Source of the DNA: an uncultured euryarchaeote
GTDB taxonomy: Archaea; Thermoplasmatota; Poseidoniia; Poseidoniales; Poseidoniaceae
DNA: 40,800 bases
Assembly (NCBI GenBank): GCA_964014165.1
Contig: CAXGZM010000002.1
Location: 1 to 40,800 of the forward strand
Direction of reading: 5' to 3'
Shown piece after piece: positions 22,586 through 31,029 of this stretch. The stretch's first letter is position 1. Each line of letters opens with the position of its first letter. The position numbers and the translations under genes were made by a program. Below the pieces are notes generated by a model. The model was not told the DNA's origin, did no database searches, and saw nothing but the letters and a program-made list of their open reading frames with translations.

Positions 22586-23362
22586 ATGGGCGATGTCTTA
22601 CCCGTTTCCGTTACGGTGATTTTGCCAACCCGAAACGAGGAGGAAGCCCTCGGCCCCACCATCGACGCCATTCCTCGTGGCTGGTGCAAGGATCTCGAAA
22701 TCATGATCGTGGACGGCAACTCCTCCGACCGCACCCGAGAAATCGCACTGGAGAAGGACATTCGTGTCCACTTGGAACCCCGCAAAGGGTACGGTCGTGC
22801 CTATCGTACCGGCTTTGACGTTGCCAAAAACGACATCATCGTCACGATGGACGCCGACTGCACCTACCCTGCAGAACTGGTTCCCGAACTCGTCAAGCGA
22901 CTGCTTGACGACGATTTGGATTTCATCACCTGTGATCGGCTTTCCCTTGCAGAAGATGGTTCCATGTCAGGCCTGCACGGCTTCGGCAACTGGGTGCTCT
23001 CCTTTACCGCCCGCATGCTGTTTTGGTACGGCATCAAAGACTCCCAAACGGGCATGTGGGTGTTCCGCAAGTCCGTGTTCGAGAACGAAAAAATGCGCCC
23101 CACCAACGACGGCATGCCGTTGAGTGAAGAAATCAAAATCCTCGCTCGCCGTCATCTTGGCAAAAAGAAGGCCATCGAAATCTCCGTCCCTTACCGGCCT
23201 CGTGTTGGTGAGGCAGAAATTCACACCTGGGGCGACGGGTGGAAGAACTTGAAGTTCCTCTTCGCACGAAGGTTTGGCCTTCATCGCACGCGCACGCCGT
23301 GGGGCGGTTTGGACAGCAATCCGGATTCTGACAACGGCGACCTGCCCGAGCAAACGAAGTGA
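22586..23362 (+). CDS. Glycosyltransferase, GT2 family (dolichyl-phosphate sugar synthase-like)
   Basis: VTVILPTRNEEEAL, IVDGNSSDRT, GYGRAYRTG and TMDADCTYP (DxD). Confidence 0.8.
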   Translation: MGDVLPVSVTVILPTRNEEEALGPTIDAIPRGWCKDLEIMIVDGNSSDRTREIALEKDIRVHLEPRKGYGRAYRTGFDVAKNDIIVTMDADCTYPAELVPELVKRLLDDDLDFITCDRLSLAEDGSMSGLHGFGNWVLSFTARMLFWYGIKDSQTGMWVFRKSVFENEKMRPTNDGMPLSEEIKILARRHLGKKKAIEISVPYRPRVGEAEIHTWGDGWKNLKFLFARRFGLHRTRTPWGGLDSNPDSDNGDLPEQTK

Positions 23363-23367
23363 ACCTC

Positions 23368-26300
23368 TCACTCCACGTCGGGGTCGAGCTCAGCGTCCAG
23401 TTCAGCCTGAACCTCATCCGTGCCGTCCATGATGTCGTCTTCGAGGGCAGGCACGGCCTTTTGGTCGATCACCGGTTCCTGAGAAGGCGCCTTGAAGGCG
23501 TCCCAAGACGAGAGCAAATCGATCTCCTCCAGGGCCCTGCGTCGACGTGCGACCACGAAAGCAACGAGTCCTACCAGCGATACCAAACCGAGAGCGCCAC
23601 CGGCCAGGAGAAGCCCTCGCATGTCGTCTACTGGCGCTTCAACCACCAAGTTTCGAGACATGAAATCGATGTTGGCCCGCTCGCCTTCGCCGTCCTTGGC
23701 GACGACCTTCAGGAGCGGACGGCCGGTTGTTTCAGGTCGCCATTCAAGCGTGCCTTCCCAGACGCCGTCGCCGTCATCATCGGTGAGGTTGGCTTCCCAC
23801 TGCTGCATGCCGAGGGTGATGTTGACCCGAACATCATCGGTCGTGCCGTCGGGGTCACTCAGGGCAACACGTACGGTGAGGACGTTGAGTTCGTTTTGGG
23901 TAAACGTCTCCGAATTCAAGGTCAGCGAATTGCGGTCGAGGGAGGGGAGACTCGATTGGATGGTGATGTTCACGTGCTCCTCAACCGCATTGCCTCGGGC
24001 GTCCTCCACGTAGAGTGAGAGGTGGTATTCACCGGGCAGCAGACCCGTGATTTCGTCCTTCGAGCGTGTGGACAAGACTTCCGGCTCGCTGAGCTCAGTC
24101 GAATACCGCCGCCATTCACGCACGGTCAAATCGTTGTCAGCGTCGAAGGAGGCCTCCTCAAGCACCAAGGCGCCACCGGGGACGATGGAATCCCGGTTTT
24201 CAGGCGAAATCAGCACGAGCACCGGTGCCGATTCAATGACGGTGAGCGAGAAGCCTTCATCCCTCGTCGCCCCCGTTTCGTCCGTCAGGGTGACGGTGAG
24301 TTGGTGTTCTCCTGCGTTCAACGTGAAAGCGTGTTGCTCGTTGGGGTCAACGTCAACCAGCAGGGGTTCGCTCGTTTCCGAAGACCGCAGCGTGATGGTG
24401 AATTCGTCGCCGTCAAAGTCCACGCTTTCGGAGGCGTCCAGCATGAAGGTGGTCGAGGAGGGGTGAACGCTGCCGGGTTGCGGGCTGACCAAGCCGAGCA
24501 CCGGTGCAGATGGCGTGACCGTGATGGTTCGGGTGGTCGTGATGGGCTCGTGAATCCCGTCATCAACGCTCAGTGTGATCTCGTGTTCGCCAGCGCTCAA
24601 TCGGCGTTCAAACAACAACCAGTCCTCGCCTTCAGGCGTCAATCGGCCGTCGAGGCTGCTCGTCCACGTGACCACGAGGAATTCAGAACCGGTAGCCGGT
24701 TCAACCTCAGCGCAGACCCATTCGCCATCCATGGGGAAGGTGGAGCAGGCAGCATCATGGTCGCCTGAACCGTTGCCAGAGAACGAGATCAATTCTGAAC
24801 TGTCGAAGGTTTGAGCCGGCGGTGAAGCAATGACTGCGACGGGCTCGGCGTTGTCGACCGTGAGTAGGATGGAGTTGGATTTGCTTTGGTTGGCGTGTTC
24901 GGCTCGGTCGTCGGTGACCTCCATCGTGATGGTGTGTACGCCGCGGGAAAGATGACCTTCCCAGACCAATTCCGAACCGACCTGAAGCACCCCGTCAAGC
25001 GATGAGGTGAAGGTGGCCGTGAGCGCATCGCCCTCCGGGTCCACGGTTGCACTTCCGTCAAGGGTCACGAGGGACTCGCTCGCACTGGACGAACGGTTCA
25101 CCGTGAAGACCGGGTCGGGAATTTCGTTGTAGAGCATCACGGGGACGCTGTACGTGGCGTTGTTACCGACGTCGTCCCAAGCCAATACGGTCATGGTGAA
25201 GGAGGTGGGGGGATCGTCGTCGACGTGGTCGAAGGTGTAGGTGAGTTCCTCAGGACATTCCCATTGGTTGCCCCAGCCAGAGCCCTGACGGTTGTATCCG
25301 CTGAACGTGATCATGCAAGCAAAGTCGTCGCCTTCGGGATCGTAGGTTCCGGTGGTGTTGACGGTAACCGTGCCCGTTTGTGGCATGATGAGTTCGCTCC
25401 ATGGGTTGAGAGCAGGTTCGAAATCAACCACCAGCACGGGTGCAAAATTGACCAGTTCGATCGTCCGAGTTTCTGCTACGCAATGCCCGATGTCGCAGAC
25501 TTGCAGGGTGATTTCGTGGATACCGTCTGAGAGTTGGCAATACGGTGGCACCTGGGTGAAGGGGTCGCCGTTGGCGAGGAACGGAGCACCATCGGCAGGG
25601 TGGTCGTTGCCGTGGAAAACACCGGCACACCCTGCAACGATGTCGTCGTCGAGCGAACTTCGCCATTTGAAATTCAAGGCATCGTTGTCGAGGTCCCACG
25701 TGTCGCTGGCGTTGAAGAACACCTCGGCCCCCGACGGGAAGACCGCCCCGTCCTCCGGCGAGGTCCAGTGGATAAACGGGGCTTGGTTGGAAAGCGGAAG
25801 GTGGCAATAGAGCACGACATCACCACCAAACACCGCCGACGTGGTGTTCTCTACGCTGAAATAGCCACAATCCACCTCAACAACGTTGAGAGCGCTGGCG
25901 CCTGATGCCGTCCAACGCTGGCTGATGAAATCCGGCAGGAACAACGTCCCATCCCCGTCGGTCGGCAAGGTGATGGATGGCTCAAACGAGTCAAACGTGA
26001 CGTTGACAGAAGCGCCGGGTATGCCGTTCGAGTAGTTGTTCACGACCCAAACCCTGAGGTCCCACGCGACGTCAAGTGTAGCACCGTTGGCCAAGACGGC
26101 TGAACCGGCTGAAACGTTGACCGGTTGATGCAGATGGAGGTTGGACGTACCGTCCAGGTTGAGCACGGTGGGGCTGCCTGCACCCGCACGGTCGTCGACA
26201 AGACCCGACCAGTTCACCTGACTGTCGGAGAGCGTGATGCTGCCCGTGCAGGCCGTCGAGATGCGGTTGCCGTGGCCGTGCAGGGAGGTGTGCCCCTCGA

Positions 26301-28176
26301 ACAAAGCACACTGCGTTCCGGAGAACACCGAGTTGTTGAGAATGGAAGCAAATTGGCCGTTGTTGTCCCCTCTCCAGTCCAGACCGGTGTGATTGCCAGC
26401 CATCGTCAAGCCGTCAACCTCCACCGCAGCTCGATGGAATTTCACGGCAGGTTGGCCGGGGCTTTCCGCTTCGACGTGAGCGGTGGTGACGTGAACTCGG
26501 CCGCTGGCGCCGCCCGGCATGGTGTCGCCGTTGTCGATTTCGAGCGCAGGGAGGGTCGGGTTGTTGTCGGCGAGATGGATGCCTTCGAGCCGGAGGTCGA
26601 CAGAATTCACGGCCAAGATGCCTTGGCCTGCTGATCCGCTCACGCTGCAGTTCCAGCATCGGACGTCGCCGGAAGCCGATTCAACGTTGTTGGATTCAAA
26701 GTAATACAGGCCAGCCTGCTGTTCGAGCGAAGCAGAAGACGATGCGCCGTTGTTTTGGGCGGTCAAGTTCCAGAAATCAATGCGGCGTGCGTCGAGGACA
26801 TGGGCTCCGGAGTAGCCGTTGTCAGCCAACTGCATGCCCTCGACAACCACGGTGGCTCGGTCAACGATGACCCCTTGTTTGGTGTTGTTGTGGAGCACCC
26901 AGTCGCTTCCTTGCATGGCACCACCGGAGGTGGAATGCACGCCCGGGCCGACGGAGCCTGAAATCTCGAGACCGTCAAAGGTCGGAGCGAAGAAGGACGA
27001 ACGCACGGCGATGCCAGCCTCGTGAGGACCCTGGCCGGGGTCGCCAGAGTTTCGCACGGTGAGGTTGCGGAACGTCGTGGTGGAGTCGGTAAAGTAGAGA
27101 CGGACACCAACGGTGGTGGAATTTTCGATGAGGGTGTCGTCAAACCAAGCGCCCGTGGCGTTGACTTCAAGGGCAGCATAACCGATGTTGGGTGTCTTGG
27201 CGTTCGGTCCACCGGTACCGGTGATGGTCAAGTTGGTGAAATCCGCTGTCTCGTAATTGGTGTAGTTCGTGTGGTTGTTCTTGTCGACGTACACGCCACG
27301 GTACATGGAATCGCTGATGTGCGCGTTGCGAACGACGGCGTGGGTGTAGCCCCCGTCGTCGATGTGACGAACCACGATGCCCGTGTCGGAAGATGAAATG
27401 GAAATGTTGGTCAGAAGAGGTTGACTGTCTTCCACCCAAATGCCTGCCACCATGGCCCAAGATGAACCCGTACAGTTGTCCACGGTGATGCCTTGAATCA
27501 GGCCGCCAGAGCCACCCCAAATGTTGACCGCACGGGTCAGGATGTCGGAAAAGACGGCACGCTTCACGATGGGGGTTGAGCCGGCGCCCACCGACAGACC
27601 AAGCCCGTAGCGCCAGTCGGCCTGGAAGCCGAGGTCGCGCCCCGCTTGGTCAACGAACAAGTCGGTGATGCGCGGTGCAGCGGAAGAAAACAGGTCGACA
27701 GCAACACGGTCGGGGTTGACCACGGTCAAGTTCTCCATGATGGGGTTTGAGCCGTACACGGTGACCCCGTAGATGGCGTCCTCGACGGTGAGGTTTTGCA
27801 CGAGCGAGCCGCGCCCGGACGAGGACGCGTTGAATTGAATGCCCTCGTGGTCGCCCAGCCCTGATGCCTCGAGAACCACCGGACAGGATTGCGTCCCCAG
27901 CACGGTCAGCCTGCCGTCGACGATGATTCGCTCGTTGGCGGGCAGGCGAACCACCGTGCAGGGCTGGATAATCACTTCGTCAGCAACGCCGATGGTGTAG
28001 GTTCCCGTCAGGGTTTGCGTGCCCGACCAGGTGGTTTGAGCGCGCCCTTGGGTTTGCTCAACACCTTCGTTCGGCTCCGCACCGAGTTGAGCGGGTGGAA
28101 CGGCCTGCATGGCCAAAGGGAAGAGAAACAGCACAACAAGGAACAGGGCCGTTCGTGAGGATGTTCCTTGGTGCAT
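23368..28176 (-). CDS. Giant (1602 aa) type I surface protein: signal peptide, right-handed parallel beta-helix (PbH1/CASH-like) region, CarboxypepD_reg-like domain, multiple PKD/Ig-like domains, one C-terminal TM helix and an acidic tail
   Basis: The ATG at 28176 gives MHQGTSSRTALFLVVLFLFPLAMQA. The track start at 28302 would overlap the divergent RAM gene. Repeated NLTV.N / GI.V beta-helix turns are visible. So are repeated W.SSLDG...L..G.H.ITL.V.D modules. TM helix LLLAGGALGLVSLVGLVAFVV followed by ARRRR. I counted at least two dozen N-x-S/T sequons by eye. Confidence 0.8.
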   Translation of the reverse strand: MHQGTSSRTALFLVVLFLFPLAMQAVPPAQLGAEPNEGVEQTQGRAQTTWSGTQTLTGTYTIGVADEVIIQPCTVVRLPANERIIVDGRLTVLGTQSCPVVLEASGLGDHEGIQFNASSSGRGSLVQNLTVEDAIYGVTVYGSNPIMENLTVVNPDRVAVDLFSSAAPRITDLFVDQAGRDLGFQADWRYGLGLSVGAGSTPIVKRAVFSDILTRAVNIWGGSGGLIQGITVDNCTGSSWAMVAGIWVEDSQPLLTNISISSSDTGIVVRHIDDGGYTHAVVRNAHISDSMYRGVYVDKNNHTNYTNYETADFTNLTITGTGGPNAKTPNIGYAALEVNATGAWFDDTLIENSTTVGVRLYFTDSTTTFRNLTVRNSGDPGQGPHEAGIAVRSSFFAPTFDGLEISGSVGPGVHSTSGGAMQGSDWVLHNNTKQGVIVDRATVVVEGMQLADNGYSGAHVLDARRIDFWNLTAQNNGASSSASLEQQAGLYYFESNNVESASGDVRCWNCSVSGSAGQGILAVNSVDLRLEGIHLADNNPTLPALEIDNGDTMPGGASGRVHVTTAHVEAESPGQPAVKFHRAAVEVDGLTMAGNHTGLDWRGDNNGQFASILNNSVFSGTQCALFEGHTSLHGHGNRISTACTGSITLSDSQVNWSGLVDDRAGAGSPTVLNLDGTSNLHLHQPVNVSAGSAVLANGATLDVAWDLRVWVVNNYSNGIPGASVNVTFDSFEPSITLPTDGDGTLFLPDFISQRWTASGASALNVVEVDCGYFSVENTTSAVFGGDVVLYCHLPLSNQAPFIHWTSPEDGAVFPSGAEVFFNASDTWDLDNDALNFKWRSSLDDDIVAGCAGVFHGNDHPADGAPFLANGDPFTQVPPYCQLSDGIHEITLQVCDIGHCVAETRTIELVNFAPVLVVDFEPALNPWSELIMPQTGTVTVNTTGTYDPEGDDFACMITFSGYNRQGSGWGNQWECPEELTYTFDHVDDDPPTSFTMTVLAWDDVGNNATYSVPVMLYNEIPDPVFTVNRSSSASESLVTLDGSATVDPEGDALTATFTSSLDGVLQVGSELVWEGHLSRGVHTITMEVTDDRAEHANQSKSNSILLTVDNAEPVAVIASPPAQTFDSSELISFSGNGSGDHDAACSTFPMDGEWVCAEVEPATGSEFLVVTWTSSLDGRLTPEGEDWLLFERRLSAGEHEITLSVDDGIHEPITTTRTITVTPSAPVLGLVSPQPGSVHPSSTTFMLDASESVDFDGDEFTITLRSSETSEPLLVDVDPNEQHAFTLNAGEHQLTVTLTDETGATRDEGFSLTVIESAPVLVLISPENRDSIVPGGALVLEEASFDADNDLTVREWRRYSTELSEPEVLSTRSKDEITGLLPGEYHLSLYVEDARGNAVEEHVNITIQSSLPSLDRNSLTLNSETFTQNELNVLTVRVALSDPDGTTDDVRVNITLGMQQWEANLTDDDGDGVWEGTLEWRPETTGRPLLKVVAKDGEGERANIDFMSRNLVVEAPVDDMRGLLLAGGALGLVSLVGLVAFVVARRRRALEEIDLLSSWDAFKAPSQEPVIDQKAVPALEDDIMDGTDEVQAELDAELDPDVE

Positions 28177-28198
28177 AGGCCGAAGCACACCCCCGTCC

Positions 28199-28208
28199 TT
28201 CTTCAAAG
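28199..28208 (-). promoter_or_regulatory. Weak TATA-like element (CTTTGAAGAA on the minus strand), 22 nt upstream of the ATG at 28176
   Basis: Called on position and the shared CTTTGAAG core. Confidence 0.35.
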
Positions 28209-28276
28209 GTCCCCCCTCATGTGACCGGCAGGTTCGTGCAGGAACCCATAAGACCCGATTTGAAATCCACCAAGTG

Positions 28277-28510
28277 ATGCCCGAAGCGTTTGTGCTGTTC
28301 AAGACCGAACCAACCCACGAGCGAGAGGTCTACCTCACGCTGAGCGACCACGACGGTGTGGCCGAGGTTCACGCTCTCTACGGGGAATTTGACCTCCTCG
28401 TCCGCATCACTTCACCAACCTCCAAGGAACTCTCTCACCTCTTGATGGAATCGTTTCGTCGCATTGACGGCGTCAAGGAAACACAAACGCTGATCGCCGT
28501 GGAGGCCTGA
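28277..28510 (+). CDS. Stand-alone Lrp/AsnC ligand-binding (RAM) domain protein, 77 aa
   Basis: MPEAFVLFKTEP...YGEFDLLVRI...GVKETQTLIAVEA is the beta-alpha-beta-beta-alpha-beta RAM pattern, with no HTH. The track ORF (28109..) is over-extended. The start is fixed by a gapless alignment with the paralogue. Confidence 0.75.
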   Translation: MPEAFVLFKTEPTHEREVYLTLSDHDGVAEVHALYGEFDLLVRITSPTSKELSHLLMESFRRIDGVKETQTLIAVEA

Positions 28511-28514
28511 ACAC

Positions 28515-28748
28515 ATGGCCATTGGATTTGTGTTGATGACCACCTTACCGGGCCATGAAGAAAAGGTACGAGCAGCGCTCTCGGATGTTGACCTTGTCAC
28601 CGACCACTGGATGCTCTTCGGTGAATACGATCTTATTGCACGGGTGCAAGCCGATGAAGAGTTTGCGCTGACGCGCTGCATCGTGGAGGAAATTCGCCAA
28701 CTCCCGGGCATCAAGGACACCAAGACGCTCATCGGCGCCGAACTCTGA
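28515..28748 (+). CDS. Stand-alone Lrp/AsnC ligand-binding (RAM) domain protein, 77 aa (paralogue)
   Basis: MAIGFVLMTTLP...FGEYDLIARV...GIKDTKTLIGAEL. It shares 30/77 identical residues with the upstream gene in a gapless hand alignment. GGAGG lies 9 nt upstream of the ATG. Confidence 0.75.
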   Translation: MAIGFVLMTTLPGHEEKVRAALSDVDLVTDHWMLFGEYDLIARVQADEEFALTRCIVEEIRQLPGIKDTKTLIGAEL

Positions 28749-28750
28749 GC

Positions 28751-30964
28751 CTACAGCACCCGGTGCAAACGAAGGGTAGCGGCCTTTGCGGCGTTGATGC
28801 AACCCGCTTGACGGAAACAACGGGCGGCCTCGCGCAGTGCCGTTGCCGCCGCACCGGGGTCAAGGTGTCCTTTGAGGTACCACCATCGAGCAGCGTAGCG
28901 ATGCTGAGGCGTACCCATCTCAGTCCATGCTTCAGGGAGCGGCAGGGCGTCAAACAACGCAAGCGCTTCGACCCGGTCGAGACGAACCAAATGTTCGACG
29001 AGGGTCAGACCGACAACGGCTCGATGAAACGGCGTCAACTGAGCCGCAGCCGCTCGATCGTAGGCGTTCCTGATGGCAGCAGGGTCGGCTCCAAACGCCA
29101 CCATGGCTTTGAGGCGGGCATGAAGGACGATGGGGTCGTCGGGATGGCTCAACGATTCAAGCCCGTCCACCAGCGCTTCAGCACGCGCCCGGTCGCCTTC
29201 GAGCAGCGCCATGGTGTGCTGAATCAAACTCATGCTGACGGTCATGGATGAGCGTATCTCCGGTTTGTCGGGAAGTTGAATTCGCTGCAGCATGCGCTGC
29301 ACCTTCGCAAATGGTGGACCCTCGCTCTGGTCGAACAAGCGGTCTTCAAGACGCTGAACGGCTGCGTTGAGAAGCCATCGTGCTCCCTGTTCTGCGGTTC
29401 CGCGGTCGATCTGTTCGTTCAGCAACCGTTCTGCCTCTTCAGCGTCGCCTTCCAACACGGCAAGACCGTGCGCCAACTCAGACCGACGGTCCGGGTTGAC
29501 CACCGAGTCGAGGTGCGCACGGGCTCGCGATGGTTCTTGACGATGAAGCGCAATGCGTCCGGCCCAGTAGTGCAGCCCTTCATCGCCGGACCGTTGCTTG
29601 GTCGCACGGTCAAAGATGACCGCCATGGCACCGCCCTGGGCCACCATCAACTCCTCAAACCTGTGGTCGAGCGTTGCTTCGATCCCCTCGTCCTCCAGTG
29701 CCAAGCGGTGGTAAAGGTGGAGGACGGCGAGGGCGGGGTCGTCCACGTGCTCCGACCAGTGATCGGCTGCTCTTCGGTGCAGCGCACCAAGTCGCTGATC
29801 GTCCAGCATGGTTCGGCGAACGTTCCGAATCAGATGCTGGACCTCCACGTCGTGGTTGCTCGAGGACCATCGCAACAATGCACGCTCGTCCAGCTCGCCA
29901 ATGTGTTCGGATTTGGGAACGGTGTTGGCCGGCAGCGGACGAGGGAACAGCACCATGTCGTCAAGCGCTTCCAGCCCGTCCGCTGAAAGGTCCATCAACA
30001 TCGTCTGTTCAACAAAGGCCTGGATGTCTTCCCCTGCCTCGGGCAGCGGATCGCCCTCGCGGTAGAGATTGAGGGCCATCGGGTGGCCGTCAAGGGCTTT
30101 GGCAACTCGCCGGCGCAGGTCCTCCTCGAGATGCTCCCCCAGCAGTTGAATGGCGTCGTTGGTGGGCAACGTACCAAGATGGAGCAGCGGCCAATCAAAC
30201 GATGCCGGTACGGGAAGCCGGCCGGCAAGCACCATTCTGTGGCCTCGATCTCGTAGTGCGTGAACGAGGTTGCCCACGGCGTCTTCGTGACGAGCGTCCA
30301 AGCAGTGCACATCGTCGATGACCAGCACGCCCCGCCCAGCGGCATCAACATGCTCAACGGTTGCTTCAAGGTCTTCTGGGAGAGGACCCGAATCGGTCAT
30401 CCACTGGTCGGCGATGCTGCCTGCATCACTGAATTCGTCGACCGTTGCCCAGCGAACAACGGCCTGCTGACCTGCGGCCCACTTGCGCAAAAGCGTCGTT
30501 TTCCCGACCCCGGAAAGACCGGCGACAAGGGCGTGGCCGTGTTCCTGAACGAGGTTGGTGAGCGAATCGAGTTCCTCTTGACGCCCGATCAGGGCGATGT
30601 TCTGGACCTCCTCGGCTACGGATTGAGGAGCAGGCTCTACGTTGGTTTCGGGGTGATCTTGCAGCCATCTTCGGCCGCCTTCGGTGATGTGGTACACCTG
30701 CCTCCGGCGAGCGCCGCCGCCGATGACGTGCGCCACACGAACGGAGATCAACTCGCTGTCAAGCAAGGATTTGAGCGGCTGGTTGAGCCCCGAACGAACA
30801 ACGCCCATGGCATCGGACAAACCGGGTAACGACACCTCGCGCGGAACATCCCACGCTTGGGCCAGCGCATCGGGGAATCCCCCGAGGTAGCGCAGCAGTT
30901 TTTCCTGACTTCGACTCAGCATGCCAACGACAGGAAAGGCTCGGCCGCCTCCTTCATCAAACAT
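28751..30964 (-). CDS. STAND-class NTPase regulator: N-terminal winged HTH, NB-ARC-like P-loop module and C-terminal TPR-like helical repeats
   Basis: wHTH: RRRQVYHITEGGRRWL. Walker A GLSGVGKTTLL, Walker B VLVIDDVH, and a GLPLAL-like motif LDGHPMALNL. The C-terminal ~350 aa are helical, Ala/Leu/Arg-rich repeats. The start is uncertain: ATG at 30964 or at 30922. The track's GTG at 31063 would overlap uvrC. Confidence 0.7.
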   Translation of the reverse strand: MFDEGGGRAFPVVGMLSRSQEKLLRYLGGFPDALAQAWDVPREVSLPGLSDAMGVVRSGLNQPLKSLLDSELISVRVAHVIGGGARRRQVYHITEGGRRWLQDHPETNVEPAPQSVAEEVQNIALIGRQEELDSLTNLVQEHGHALVAGLSGVGKTTLLRKWAAGQQAVVRWATVDEFSDAGSIADQWMTDSGPLPEDLEATVEHVDAAGRGVLVIDDVHCLDARHEDAVGNLVHALRDRGHRMVLAGRLPVPASFDWPLLHLGTLPTNDAIQLLGEHLEEDLRRRVAKALDGHPMALNLYREGDPLPEAGEDIQAFVEQTMLMDLSADGLEALDDMVLFPRPLPANTVPKSEHIGELDERALLRWSSSNHDVEVQHLIRNVRRTMLDDQRLGALHRRAADHWSEHVDDPALAVLHLYHRLALEDEGIEATLDHRFEELMVAQGGAMAVIFDRATKQRSGDEGLHYWAGRIALHRQEPSRARAHLDSVVNPDRRSELAHGLAVLEGDAEEAERLLNEQIDRGTAEQGARWLLNAAVQRLEDRLFDQSEGPPFAKVQRMLQRIQLPDKPEIRSSMTVSMSLIQHTMALLEGDRARAEALVDGLESLSHPDDPIVLHARLKAMVAFGADPAAIRNAYDRAAAAQLTPFHRAVVGLTLVEHLVRLDRVEALALFDALPLPEAWTEMGTPQHRYAARWWYLKGHLDPGAAATALREAARCFRQAGCINAAKAATLRLHRVL

Positions 30965-31000
30965 CCCCAACGATGTGTTTGCAAGGAGACAGGGTTGGCC

Positions 31001-31010
31001 TTTTGAGTCA
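31001..31010 (+). promoter_or_regulatory. TATA-like element (TTTTGAGTCA), 19 nt upstream of the uvrC ATG at 31030
   Basis: Called on position and the TTTTGA core shared with the element at 9673..9682. Confidence 0.35.
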
Positions 31011-31029
31011 TGGCAGGCGTGGTAGGCGC

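Noticed and set aside
28256-28265. GATTTGAAAT as the TATA box for the first RAM-domain gene
   Set aside because: It ends only 11 nt before the ATG at 28277, against 18-22 nt for all other cases. The start codon is fixed by alignment with the paralogue, so the promoter of this gene remains unassigned.
28751-30964. STAND ATPase as an antiviral (Avs-like) defence gene
   Set aside because: No effector domain is visible and the N-terminus looks like a DNA-binding winged helix. There are no neighbouring defence, restriction, toxin or mobile-element genes.
30922-30964. ATGTTTGATGAAGG at 30964-30951 (minus strand) as a TATA element for a shorter STAND protein starting at 30922
   Set aside because: The spacing to the ATG at 30922 would be about 28-30 nt, outside the 18-22 nt class. 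I could not decide between the two starts, so I kept the longer non-overlapping ORF and flagged the uncertainty.
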